Below are positions 16,501-25,665 of a DNA stretch of 64,000 nt, piece after piece. The stretch comes from a virus (Duplodnaviria; Caudoviricetes). A program made the translations under genes and the position numbers. The notes under the pieces are model-generated. The model saw nothing but the letters and a program-made list of their open reading frames with translations, was not told the origin of the DNA and made no database searches. Each line of letters starts with the position of its first letter. Position 1 is the first letter of the stretch. Location: the IMG/VR virus record IMGVR_UViG_3300029305_003884, positions 64,001 through 128,000 of that record. The stretch is one strand, 5' to 3'.

Positions 16501-18535
16501 TCTTTCCCTCGACAGGGTCGTCTACAATTCGGCCCGTGTCATAATGGTCACTGTTCATTATTTCAATTTTGTCGCCGACCGCAAAAAACGGCTTGTCCGC
16601 ATCCCAACTACGAACGTTCAATAGACTAGAATCATCAAAAAACTTAGGAGAAATTGTCGCAACAAACGCACCGACAGAGCCCAAGGTCGTCTTTTCAATC
16701 GAATCACATACAAGGTACATGTAAGTATTGTAAATCTCAATAGTAGGTGTCACTCCGATATATTTAGGTGAATTCACCGCTATGTATGGCCATAAACCAT
16801 CATCGTTTTCACGAGAGGCAAACTTGATAGGGTCGCTAACATTCACGGCTCCATTTAGCGACTTAATGAAAATTGTATTACTACCTCTGGCAGTGAACAT
16901 CTTTACCATGTGTTCATTGTCAATGTAGAATTGAACGTACTTGTTTGTAAACGTCCTTGAAGGGTTACCATACGAATACTCAGAGATGCTTCCGACAGGA
17001 TATCCATTCCATGAGCCGTTACGTATATCCAAAAGGACTCGGCTAACATCAGATTCGGTCCATCTATCGTTGCCAAAGTCATACAGTTCGAGTGTATTAT
17101 TTCCTGTTCCACCAGAGGACAAAGCGTATATATACATTCTTGCTACCATGTCTGGGTCAGGTTCAGCATCGCCACCATAGTATGGAACAGGGAACTTAAT
17201 AATCGGTAGATACACTTCACCAGTAAGACACAATTGAGCTTTTTCACCATTAGATACATTCAGGTCATTAGAAGCGTAGTAAGTATCTTGGCATGCATAA
17301 AAAATTGCACTATCGTTGGAATGGCTTTTTACCTTTTGAGGTGCAATCTCATCATGAACCACATTGAATGCAACATCTGAGGAGGGTACACGAGGGGTGT
17401 ACACGAGTGTTCCAGAAGTCACTCCCGTAGGGAATGTCTCACCATCGACAGGAACTGCGGTTATTCCATTCGAACTCACCGAAGTTACAACCATGTGAAC
17501 GTCGTGGTCAGATGAGTTGTACCGGAACGTAACATTGTCATTCTCGGCAAAGTTCCGACGGCAACTGATTCCGCTAGGGTCAGTTCCAGTAAAAGTGAAG
17601 GTTACTGCTGAACCGTTAACTGCTGCCGATACGCTCTCTGTATACTCATACAACACCCAACGTTCCCACACAAGGTCACTCCATGTGGCATGTGTGTATT
17701 CAGGATGATTCAGTGCATTTATCTTTAATGGATTATGATACGTTTTGTACTTAAACGAAGTTTCGGTCGTTTCGATAACGATGAAGTCACCAAGATATCT
17801 TTCGCCAGGAGCTTTACCGAAAAGTCTACCCTGTCTTTCGGTATATACTGGAACATCAGAGACAGACCTACTGTACAGCGTTACAGCATCACCGACCTGT
17901 AATCCATGTGGCCCATCAGTCTCTACAACGACAGTTTCAACCTTATACAAGTCGCTATCGTCTGAACAAGTAGACGCCCTGCCACTAGGAAGCGTGGCCG
18001 GGTCAGTATAAATCCTACTGACATCTCCATCATCTATCTTGTGTTCAAGAACGACGTTCATCGGGTTCTTGACATACTCATTGGAATTAGAATATCCTAA
18101 AAACGAGAATGCGTCTTCAACGTCAGACGGTGAGAAGATACCGTTGTCTCCCGCATACGGTGCGGTAATCCAAGCCTCGGCATTGTTTGGCATAGAGCTA
18201 AAAGGTCGGTCATCGTCAAACCTCATTATCAGCTCTGTATTGAACTTTGATTTGGAACCATCAAACTTTGGTGGACGGTTAGGGTTCGTCCAGTCATTAT
18301 ATGAACCCGTTAGACGGGTCATACCGTTTCCATCATACACCATAAGTCCACTATTCGGAGTAACAGTGGAGTTAGGCGTATTCGCCGTTAAAAAATGACG
18401 AATACGGTAGTTTTTTATAGGTACACTCTCGTCCCCATCAGTCGCCAGGAAACGGTACGCTTCTTTGTAATGTTGAGACATCTGTTGGAAATCTGCCTCG
18501 GATGTCATCAGCCGCATGTATAGATTTATCGCCAT
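13553..18535 (-). CDS. 1660-aa virion protein: DNRLRE/CBM96-like and Ig-like domains fused to a C-terminal gp25 baseplate-wedge domain
   Basis: C-terminal SILLTNLGERLYDDEFGS..FD..YEPRV is the gp25 signature; late box at 18559-18567. Confidence 0.75.
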   Translation of the reverse strand: MAINLYMRLMTSEADFQQMSQHYKEAYRFLATDGDESVPIKNYRIRHFLTANTPNSTVTPNSGLMVYDGNGMTRLTGSYNDWTNPNRPPKFDGSKSKFNTELIMRFDDDRPFSSMPNNAEAWITAPYAGDNGIFSPSDVEDAFSFLGYSNSNEYVKNPMNVVLEHKIDDGDVSRIYTDPATLPSGRASTCSDDSDLYKVETVVVETDGPHGLQVGDAVTLYSRSVSDVPVYTERQGRLFGKAPGERYLGDFIVIETTETSFKYKTYHNPLKINALNHPEYTHATWSDLVWERWVLYEYTESVSAAVNGSAVTFTFTGTDPSGISCRRNFAENDNVTFRYNSSDHDVHMVVTSVSSNGITAVPVDGETFPTGVTSGTLVYTPRVPSSDVAFNVVHDEIAPQKVKSHSNDSAIFYACQDTYYASNDLNVSNGEKAQLCLTGEVYLPIIKFPVPYYGGDAEPDPDMVARMYIYALSSGGTGNNTLELYDFGNDRWTESDVSRVLLDIRNGSWNGYPVGSISEYSYGNPSRTFTNKYVQFYIDNEHMVKMFTARGSNTIFIKSLNGAVNVSDPIKFASRENDDGLWPYIAVNSPKYIGVTPTIEIYNTYMYLVCDSIEKTTLGSVGAFVATISPKFFDDSSLLNVRSWDADKPFFAVGDKIEIMNSDHYDTGRIVDDPVEGKKKVTATVLHVEYSERKVYFKYNNEWDPGDHGEEGGIIRNLSRMISTYKATDAENEPSNLGVDGPEWYGKYGYVDGFLQFDVIHDEATDDKPSLSVVYNNGVNQSNEVNPVILTDIDVVVASEESTDRETDRFSHVGPNNRVILKGFNFDKLNKETAKAVLGHPRWEDGIAAGGVPVSLRWNNDEPYFDYDHLDLQRSMPLYGIRNDENGVTEFKVKASDYPFCGPGDIVAAVYTGEYSHTENTDAAEDAELPEGLVYGRNYYVVNVVEDGEGPYYWLRLSSTYIFRYEWLTPTYVSLSPEDVEYIEDIIEEGGNPVVLYNTVTSVTIEDTNCSTTDYANRLYMQIDEEPPICYIPEQEHHVDVPFDVYISDLNEIDNIDGNPLSNYNIEYLLGGNDSRFIKLTLTLNRSTVIDIYDVAGNHTALPLTVIDTKIDLTLMGFSSTGDTHTLSFKVSDSDYRILSTSTQNPGVSGIWAMLGNAYLDYTHFTNISPISHSDDGRGNFTFDLVISDDELSQRGGRLEVWAGDTNEGALHQTANWTEPVIFQKAFSCTKSGDVLAYRGVNLYETDNLKLRLCGTNWNYFSIDSIDSVTAANISIKVVTTKYGTHSFGIRWVEDGSKTRPYVEGHEKSVSLIPGPIIYYIDTSLQTVKWAKGTPWVEPEPKDIYAEDGLGKPISYTSQVLTDNQEWWKEPGRYTIRYTAEDSCHVTADLDRTVIVTECDIPIILVKKSDDEECPTFDTYEDIEIMIAPESTVRFNQNFMNNVVEYCLPDSEEWITAIILSGTPDRERLTIKNPGVIANDIKLRVDVGGDNSDVITCSMSDPVCLNLVSKEEQDKPLDVDGKASIVKKKNSVSRFDDLNFEPIYNKDLAYASFSITADENSLMQNVYSILLTNLGERLYDDEFGSTLEESVFDIIGDLNGESKLLNQCVTLINKYEPRVVVVEDKSYVAINEDNTVVIVLYIKVPRGIARKIELTFRNDS

Positions 18536-18558
18536 AATTCACCATTTTAATCAAAAAA

Positions 18559-18567
18559 TAGTTTATA
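18559..18567 (-). promoter_or_regulatory. Late promoter TATAAACTA
   Basis: Exact motif, upstream of a structural gene. Confidence 0.75.
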
Positions 18568-18576
18568 ATCGGGGCA

Positions 18577-19470
18577 CTAAATCGTAGCGGCAACAGCTTG
18601 GTCTTCCTGGTTCTGCAAAAGCTTACTTTTCCTCATGTGCATGATGATATGCTCGCCAAGGGCGTTAGACATGTCAGTGAGGTCATTCTCGATTGCTTCT
18701 ACGGGGAAATCCTCGGCAATCACGGTAGCCCGATTGATATACTTTGGGGAATTGCTTGTCCATATCGTGTACATGAACCCGTCGGAACCGCACTTTACCG
18801 AAACCTCACGAATCGAGGCATTTCCCCCTATTCCGACAAGGTAGTAGACCCCGTCGCTATTGTCGTAGTCGACAATCGTTTGATTTGACGGATTGTTATA
18901 GTTCTTATCCCGCTGCAATGCATCCATCTCGGCACCCGTCAGGGCATAAACCTCGACATATCCCGCATTCGGGAGTTCGAGTTTACGCACGGGTTCAATC
19001 TCGTTCTGGATGAGCAGCGTACTCAGCATTTCAGGGTCAATCTGGTCGTTTTCCAGCAAGTTTCCCGCCACCGCCTGCTGCAAGGTGGGGTCGATGGCGT
19101 CAGCCGAGTCGATTGCACCGAACTGGTACACATGGGTGTTGTTGTATGTGAGCATCTCGGTTATAAACGAACCGCCACCCCCATTGGTATCAATGCTTTC
19201 CAATGACTCCCCAGACAGGCGGAAGCAGGTGGAGAATATGAGGGGAACGCCGTCAATGACTATAAAGTACAACGGTTCCAGACTGTAAGTCGGATTTTCC
19301 TCATCGCCCCCACGCACAATGAAGATGGGAACTATCTTGTTGTTGGCCTCACCAGAATCGACAAGCTCGTCGAGGTGTTCGGCAAAGTTCTCAACCATCG
19401 TGGATGCCGTATTCTCGTCATCGTGGACGTAGAAATCGGACATCAGGTAATAATAACGAGACATCAACAT
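18577..19470 (-). CDS. Hypothetical acidic protein
   Basis: Long ORF in an operon with 19472..19807. Confidence 0.65.
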   Translation of the reverse strand: MLMSRYYYLMSDFYVHDDENTASTMVENFAEHLDELVDSGEANNKIVPIFIVRGGDEENPTYSLEPLYFIVIDGVPLIFSTCFRLSGESLESIDTNGGGGSFITEMLTYNNTHVYQFGAIDSADAIDPTLQQAVAGNLLENDQIDPEMLSTLLIQNEIEPVRKLELPNAGYVEVYALTGAEMDALQRDKNYNNPSNQTIVDYDNSDGVYYLVGIGGNASIREVSVKCGSDGFMYTIWTSNSPKYINRATVIAEDFPVEAIENDLTDMSNALGEHIIMHMRKSKLLQNQEDQAVAATI

Positions 19471-19471
19471 A

Positions 19472-19807
19472 TTAAATCAACTTCTTCAATGCGGATGTGA
19501 CCCTTTCGACGTAGGCGGCGTCTGCATTCTTGTTGGATTCCAGCTTTTCGATAAAGTCGGCGACACCTTCCTTGATGACCCTCGGAACATCTTCATCGCT
19601 GAACGACTTGACGAAATCGTCCTTAATCTTGGCCAGCTTGCCCATTTCGATTACGGCACCAGCCTTCTTGAGTTCTTCGGCGGTCGGGACGAACTTGTCA
19701 TTGAAATCGTCGATGACGAGACGGATTGGGATTGTGCAACGGATGAGGTTGATGTAACGTCCGATTGCAATTCTGTCGCTAATGGTCAAATCAATAGTCT
19801 TGCTCAT
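19472..19807 (-). CDS. Hypothetical protein
   Basis: RBS AGGGA and upstream AAAAATGTATTTT element (19843-19855). Confidence 0.65.
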   Translation of the reverse strand: MSKTIDLTISDRIAIGRYINLIRCTIPIRLVIDDFNDKFVPTAEELKKAGAVIEMGKLAKIKDDFVKSFSDEDVPRVIKEGVADFIEKLESNKNADAAYVERVTSALKKLI

Positions 19808-19880
19808 GATAATCCCTGTAAAATATAGGTACTTACGTCTATAAAATACATTTTTCGAGCGACATTATGCACCCAGGGGG

Positions 19881-19889
19881 TATAAACTA
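19881..19889 (+). promoter_or_regulatory. Late promoter TATAAACTA (portal operon)
   Basis: Exact motif. Confidence 0.75.
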
Positions 19890-19926
19890 TTGGTAAAACG
19901 CCAAAAATATAATTTACTGTGTGAAT

Positions 19927-20133
19927 ATGGGTGAACTTTATAGATACAACGGCCTCCCAGTCTTTCAAGTGGACTTGTGCGATTTCCGTACGATAGTCGA
20001 TGCGGAAGTAAACAAGCGGCGTCTTTTGTCTAAGAACATCCTGAACGAAGCATTGAAGGAATTCTACAAATCAGAACGAAAACCAACCTTTTACGTGATG
20101 TTCGAAGGCATCAGATTCAAGTATCCCAGGTAG
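19927..20133 (+). CDS. Small hypothetical protein upstream of the portal
   Basis: Fills the gap between late promoter and gp20. Confidence 0.5.
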   Translation: MGELYRYNGLPVFQVDLCDFRTIVDAEVNKRRLLSKNILNEALKEFYKSERKPTFYVMFEGIRFKYPR

Positions 20134-20139
20134 GAAATT

Positions 20140-21855
20140 ATGCTCTTTTCATCGAAAAAGAAAAACCCCGAAAATGTAGCGTCGATGGTCATGACGCACG
20201 TAAGGAACTACGGGGAGAACAACCCGAAAGGCGAACTGTTCGACCGAGTGTTCAACGGCGAAGACCTCTCCCGCAACATATCCAGGTCTAGGAACGCCGT
20301 AGGACAGGGCGTCCAGCAGATGATGTACCCGAACGGGTTGTCACCTGACGGATTCTCCACCTACATGCCGGCCATAATGATTAACGATGGCCAGATTGAC
20401 CCGAGCAAGGTACAGGACACCATCGCTGAAAACCAGGTTCAGCTATACTGGCGAAACAATGTGGAACGCATGTTGAAGTACAACATCATCGCCACCCGCT
20501 CGGAAGTGAACGAGTCCCTGACCCAGATTTGCAACGAGGCAATCTACAAGGACGACAAGGGCGACATCTGCAGCTTGCAGGTGAACGAGTACTCTGGAAT
20601 TGCGGAAGTGACCAAGATGAGCTTGCAGACAATCTTCAAGAGGGACGTCCTCAGGAAGATTTGCAACTTCAAGAACACGGCATGGCAATACATGAAGAAG
20701 ATGCTGACCGAAGGCCGTATCTTCCTCGAAGTCGTATATGACGAGTCGACCAACGAAATAGTAGGCCTGAACCTCCTCCCTGGTGAGAACATGATTGTGG
20801 TTGTCCAGGACAACATGATTATCGGCTACCGCCAGATGTTGACTGGAACCTACGCCCATAGCAGCAAGAACTACATCGACTATTCCCCGAACCAGATTTT
20901 GTTCCTCTCACTCGACCTTTACGGCCCAGGTGGCGTGAACGACCCGAGGTCCATTCTCGAACCAGCAGTTAAGGCCCATAACCAATTGAACACGATTGAA
21001 GACAGCGTTGTTATGTACCGTGTGCTTTGGGGCTCCGAAAAGATGGTTCTGAAAGTGGACGTGGCTGGCCAGCCTAAACCACAGGCCGAAGCGACCATGA
21101 AGGAACAGGCCAAGCTGTTCAGCCGACAAATCGACTATAACGCCACCACGGGTGAAATTACCAACTGGGGTAAGGCGATAGGTCTGTCAGAACACTTCGT
21201 TATCCCTGTCAACGGCAGCTCCTCTGGTTCCAGCATCGAAAGGCTCCCAGGTGGCGACCAATTGGGAAACATCGACGACCTTAAATTCTTCAAGAGGAAC
21301 CTCGTTAACGCATTGATGGTTCCCCCTGGACGTATCACGGCATTGGCTGGAGATAACGTAAACTACTCTAACGGTAAGATTGGTGAAGTCACACAGGCGG
21401 AAGTTGCCTTCGCTCGACTCGTCGAACGCTACCAGACCCCGTTCGAGCAAGGCCTCGTCAGGCTGTTCATCATGGTTCTGAACACAAGGAAGGAGTTCAA
21501 CGAAGAGATTAAACTCGAAGAGAACTTCGATATCAAGTTCAAGCGAAGCAACGGCTTCCAGAGCTATATCGACGCCGACGTTTGGACTACCCGACTGTCC
21601 GTGTTCTCCCAGATGATGGAATACGCAGTGAAGGACGAAGCCCCGAACAACCCGCTTTCACAGGAATACTGCCTCCGTTACGGTCTAGGCATTTCCGATG
21701 CAGACCTAACCCAGAACCGCAAGTGGCGTGAACACGAACAGAAGGTTCTTCTCGGTGAAGAAACCGATGTCGACAGCGGTGGCGAGGGTGGCGGCCTGAA
21801 CGAGTTCGGTGGTGGCGGCGAAATGGCCCCCGCACCCGAGACAGGAGCCTTCTAG
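20140..21855 (+). CDS. gp20: Portal protein
   Basis: EV...I.NEAI, S.LEPA.K..NQL..IEDS.V.YR, VDV, LPGG.QLG.IDDL.FF...L..AL.VP, E..F...V.R.Q..F. Confidence 0.93.
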   Translation: MLFSSKKKNPENVASMVMTHVRNYGENNPKGELFDRVFNGEDLSRNISRSRNAVGQGVQQMMYPNGLSPDGFSTYMPAIMINDGQIDPSKVQDTIAENQVQLYWRNNVERMLKYNIIATRSEVNESLTQICNEAIYKDDKGDICSLQVNEYSGIAEVTKMSLQTIFKRDVLRKICNFKNTAWQYMKKMLTEGRIFLEVVYDESTNEIVGLNLLPGENMIVVVQDNMIIGYRQMLTGTYAHSSKNYIDYSPNQILFLSLDLYGPGGVNDPRSILEPAVKAHNQLNTIEDSVVMYRVLWGSEKMVLKVDVAGQPKPQAEATMKEQAKLFSRQIDYNATTGEITNWGKAIGLSEHFVIPVNGSSSGSSIERLPGGDQLGNIDDLKFFKRNLVNALMVPPGRITALAGDNVNYSNGKIGEVTQAEVAFARLVERYQTPFEQGLVRLFIMVLNTRKEFNEEIKLEENFDIKFKRSNGFQSYIDADVWTTRLSVFSQMMEYAVKDEAPNNPLSQEYCLRYGLGISDADLTQNRKWREHEQKVLLGEETDVDSGGEGGGLNEFGGGGEMAPAPETGAF

Positions 21856-21886
21856 GAAAGCCAGCAGGATATGGCAGCTGCTCAAT

Positions 21887-21916
21887 AGCCCTCGTACCAA
21901 GTACGGGGGCTTTATT
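21887..21916 (+). terminator. Rho-independent terminator after the portal
   Basis: AGCCCTCGTAC-CAA-GTACGGGGGCT then TTATT. Confidence 0.65.
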
Positions 21917-21969
21917 CATACCCCCATTCCTTTATAAACTATACATGTACGATTTTATTGGACTATAAA

Positions 21970-22572
21970 ATGGACAAGACCAAACTCTTTATGGAATCCA
22001 TCGGACAACTGTGATTGACAAGGGCTCAATTCGATGCCGTCAGGTCTCTGTATGAAGCAATCAATGATGACACAGGTGTAGACCCCTCTGTGTATGAACC
22101 ATTATTGGCTAAATACGGTATTGACAAGATGATTGACCTACTCAAGGAACATCAGTTCGAAGTACATGACATCAGCGTCTACAAAGAAAAAGACCACGGG
22201 TATGGACATTACACGCTATATCACGTATTCATCCAAGTAAAGGAACGTGGCGAAAAGAATTATACAGGAAGAGACATCGAACTTAGAATCACACTTTTCC
22301 CCACCTGCTATAATAACCCATTTGATGGAAGAATCTTCCTCGTAGATTGGGAGACATACTATGTATGCCAAGATGGAACTACATCAGAAAAGAGCTGCAA
22401 CTACAAGACTGGTGACGACATGTATATGGCCCTAGAAAACTTCTTTACGCAAGATGCGAAACGGGAACCAGCAGAAACAGAGCCCTGGACCGAGGAACAG
22501 AAACAAGCCGCACTGAGATACTGGGGTGACTTACAGCTAAGCAATGACATACGCAATATGTTCAATGATTAA
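21970..22572 (+). pseudogene. Late gene with the shared leader, interrupted by an in-frame TGA at 22012-22014
   Basis: ATG 21970 reads MDKTKLFMESIGQL*LTRAQFDAV... in frame with ORF 22015..22572; late box at 21933-21941. Confidence 0.65.
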
Positions 22573-22709
22573 CCATTTTAACAAAAAAGCCTCCATTTTA
22601 AGGCTTTTTTCATTTCAATGCAGATTTTGAGGTAAAAAAATTTTTGTGAAAATACCTCAATAAACTTAAAGTAGAACTCAAACAGTGCCAGGTGGCACAG
22701 GATAACAAT

Positions 22710-24200
22710 ATGCAACAGTTCAGACCTAAGTCAGCTACGAGCAAGTGGGCTCCGATTTTGGAATCCAACCTTGGCCGTAAGCTCAAGTCCCGTGCTGAAG
22801 CTTCTGTGGTTTCCACTCTTCTCGAAACCCAGTGCAAGCTCAACAAGGGTTTCCTCCCCGAATCTGCTAACGTCTCTGCAGACGTGGCTCAGTACCAGCA
22901 GTACGCTTTGCCGCTGGTGCGTCGTCAGTTCCCTGACCTCCTCGCTATGCAGACCGTGGCAACCATTCCAACAACAACTCCTAACGGAATTTACTTCGCA
23001 CTTCGTTTCCTCTATGACGACGAAGCTCCGAAGACTGTTGGTTTCCGTAAGGGCCTGAAGAAAGAAATCGGTTACGACCTCGTTGCCGACCATACTGGTG
23101 TGAAGGGCACGTTCAACCCGTGGACAACGACCGCTGGTGAAATGCTTTCCAACTATGCCGAAGGTACGTTCGGTGGCCCGTCTTTCGATGGCGCTGCTAT
23201 GAACTCTCAGAACGGTGCTGGTCACGCTTACGTTACCAACCACTGGGCTGACAAGCCGGGCTATGGCGACTACTACGATGAAGCCGAAGGTCACTACAAC
23301 ATCAAGAAGGCCAGCATCAAGGTGGTGTCTGGTGCTATCCGTGTTGGTACCAAGGCTATCAAGAGCCATTACACCCTCGAACTCCAGCAGGATATGGCTG
23401 CTGCTCACGGCCAGGACGTTGAAGCCCTGTTGCTCGAAGGCTTGCAGTTTGAAATCCAGCAGGAAATCGACCGTGAAATCCTCGCTGCTATGGTGTCTGT
23501 CGCTCAGAACCCTGCATTCGGTGGTGAAGCTGCTATCACCGTTGACCTCTCTGGTCACGCAAACTTCCAGGATGGCCGTTGGGTCGCCGAAAAGATTGCT
23601 GGTGGTATCGTGAACACGATTATCGCCGTTGCCCGTAAGATTTCTCTTACGACCCGTATGGGCTCTGGTAACTTCGCAATCTGCTCTCCGAGCATCGTTG
23701 CTGCAATCTCTACCCTTAACTCTGGTATCTATATCCCGACTTACCTCGGTACGGATGCCGCTGTTCAGCCGGGTGGTGGCGTTTCCGACGCTGGTTCTCT
23801 CCTGAGCGGTCAGATTAAGCTCTACCAGGATATCTACTCTTGGCAGGACTACGCTCTCGTTGGTTACAAGGGACCTCGTCAGGGCGAATCTGGTATCATC
23901 TTCATGCCTTACATCCCGTACATCTTCTGCAAGACCGCTGGTCAGGAAGACGGTAGCCCACGTCTCATCGTGAAGAGCCGTTACGCCATTGTCAGCAACT
24001 TGCTCGGTTGCGGCCTGTTCTACCGTGTTGTTCGCTTCGTGAACAACGACCTCTTGGGTGTTTCCTTCACTGGCGACATTCCTTGGGAATCTAACGAAGG
24101 TCCTACTGTGGGCGTAACCCTCGACACCGTTGGTGTTGCAGTTGGTGGCCACACGCTCGACCGTCCGTTCGGTACGGCTGCTCAGGAAGAAGAGTGGTAA
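22710..24200 (+). CDS. gp23: Major capsid protein
   Basis: KW.PILE, LPLVRR.FP.L.A, P.G..FALR..Y, K.HYTLELQQD..A.HG.D.E, EI..EIDREI, VGYKG, PYIP, SRY; AGGA RBS before ATG 22710. Confidence 0.96.
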   Translation: MQQFRPKSATSKWAPILESNLGRKLKSRAEASVVSTLLETQCKLNKGFLPESANVSADVAQYQQYALPLVRRQFPDLLAMQTVATIPTTTPNGIYFALRFLYDDEAPKTVGFRKGLKKEIGYDLVADHTGVKGTFNPWTTTAGEMLSNYAEGTFGGPSFDGAAMNSQNGAGHAYVTNHWADKPGYGDYYDEAEGHYNIKKASIKVVSGAIRVGTKAIKSHYTLELQQDMAAAHGQDVEALLLEGLQFEIQQEIDREILAAMVSVAQNPAFGGEAAITVDLSGHANFQDGRWVAEKIAGGIVNTIIAVARKISLTTRMGSGNFAICSPSIVAAISTLNSGIYIPTYLGTDAAVQPGGGVSDAGSLLSGQIKLYQDIYSWQDYALVGYKGPRQGESGIIFMPYIPYIFCKTAGQEDGSPRLIVKSRYAIVSNLLGCGLFYRVVRFVNNDLLGVSFTGDIPWESNEGPTVGVTLDTVGVAVGGHTLDRPFGTAAQEEEW

Positions 24201-24226
24201 TCACTCTGAACCCTGAAAAGGAACTG

Positions 24227-24258
24227 AAAGGGAGCTTGCCGCAAGGCAGGCTCCTTTT
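24227..24258 (+). terminator. Terminator after gp23, possibly bidirectional
   Basis: AAAGGGAGCTTGCC-GCAA-GGCAGGCTCCTTTT with a GNRA loop. Confidence 0.8.
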
Positions 24259-24271
24259 CCTATAATGCAGA

Positions 24272-25534
24272 CTAAGTGTCTTTAGCGGCTTTGATTCTAC
24301 ATGTATCAACCAATCGTCTAGCTTGTTCAAGCATCCATTCACCATCCGAACGCCGATAACGTATATCGCTTGTACAAGCTCCAGATTCTGACGGTTTCAT
24401 TATGAATTCCACACGGCAATACTGAAATTTCATATCATCTACCGTTGGAATAAAAACGCAAACAATAGAGCCATCATTATTTTCATTGAAAAAGGTAAGA
24501 CTAATAATACTGTTATTATATACCATGGCGGCTGAACATCGTATACCACAATTACCTTTTTCAGCATTATTCATTAATGTCTGTATAATTTGTTTAGTTA
24601 TATTATCCATTTGTGGATAATTAACAGTTGATGTATCATTTTCGACTAAACCTTGAATATACTTTGATACATTTCCGCATAACGCTCCTTTATACTTAGC
24701 ATGTTCATACAATTTAGGTGACATGGACACTGTCAAAACCTTTCTACCATTATCAAATTCGGATATTATTTTAGAGTTTACATACGAAAAACTAGCCAGT
24801 TGAGAAAGCTTTCCAAATCGCATACCAGTACAGCATCGTGTAACGCTTGATGTACTATAACGCTTAACAAGGAAATGTCCATCTTCATTCTTGATATATA
24901 TGAATCCAAATTTACTTAAGTCGTCCGGCAAGCCAACCACCTCATTAGACATGCATTGCAAACTAAAAGAAAGTTCATCGAAAACAATCTCCGTACGACG
25001 GTCATTCATTAAGTACATGAACGTACAATCGAATGCATCACACAGACCAACATTATAACAATATTTCACACCATTCTCTATACGAGTGACCCGAGATTTC
25101 GCTAATGCATATACATCATTGCTATCTACAACTGTTGACGGATGGCATAACCTAAACTTTAAAGAAAATTCTTCTGTCCTATACCCAATGAATGCACTCC
25201 ATGATTTACCAACTGCATAAAAAAACGAAATAGCAAGTTCTTGTTTAGCTTCTGTATATGTATCACACGTGGCGGCATTTGTATATACATGCTCTGTATT
25301 TAGTTCATATATGCACCATGGGTCACACGACGGATATTCACAACCACCTATTCGTCCTACCAGAAATGAAGTTCTGAGAACAACGTCGGTTGTTTTCGCC
25401 CACAGAGTATCAACGGTTATTATTTCGTGTGGTTTAATATCTGGTGGCAAATTGATTCCTTCATATTGTAAACCATATGCGGACTTCCGCGACACAATTC
25501 TATATAAAAAACTATGCTCTGTATTGTTATTCAT
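24272..25534 (-). CDS. AT-rich hypothetical protein with an internal ribbon-helix-helix-like segment
   Basis: LTVSMSPKLYEHAK..G...NVSKYIQGLVE; AGGAG RBS; promoter ATGACA-N17-TATATT at 25563-25591. Confidence 0.55.
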   Translation of the reverse strand: MNNNTEHSFLYRIVSRKSAYGLQYEGINLPPDIKPHEIITVDTLWAKTTDVVLRTSFLVGRIGGCEYPSCDPWCIYELNTEHVYTNAATCDTYTEAKQELAISFFYAVGKSWSAFIGYRTEEFSLKFRLCHPSTVVDSNDVYALAKSRVTRIENGVKYCYNVGLCDAFDCTFMYLMNDRRTEIVFDELSFSLQCMSNEVVGLPDDLSKFGFIYIKNEDGHFLVKRYSTSSVTRCCTGMRFGKLSQLASFSYVNSKIISEFDNGRKVLTVSMSPKLYEHAKYKGALCGNVSKYIQGLVENDTSTVNYPQMDNITKQIIQTLMNNAEKGNCGIRCSAAMVYNNSIISLTFFNENNDGSIVCVFIPTVDDMKFQYCRVEFIMKPSESGACTSDIRYRRSDGEWMLEQARRLVDTCRIKAAKDT

Positions 25535-25665
25535 ATTTTTATCTCCTATAGATGTCTAATACAATATATATTATTTTATGCCAAGTGTCATACATTTTTT
25601 TAATTTTATAACGCTATGCTCATAGCCATATTATAAACTATTAATATAAAATTTCGTAATATACA

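Noticed and set aside
22012-22014. Genome-wide stop-codon reassignment (TGA or TAG)
   Set aside because: Core genes are intact in the standard code. TGA ends genes in ATGA overlaps (1413, 1991, 3570, 13553, 28152, 52655) and TAG ends gp20 and uvsW.
22731-24152. Long antisense ORFs (also 5940..7031, 45594..46820, 59300..60163, 60725..61750, 62084..63571)
   Set aside because: Shadows of strongly codon-biased real genes on the opposite strand; no RBS, promoter or motifs.
24272-25534. Homing endonuclease next to gp23
   Set aside because: Position and AT content fit, but no HNH, GIY-YIG or LAGLIDADG motif was visible.
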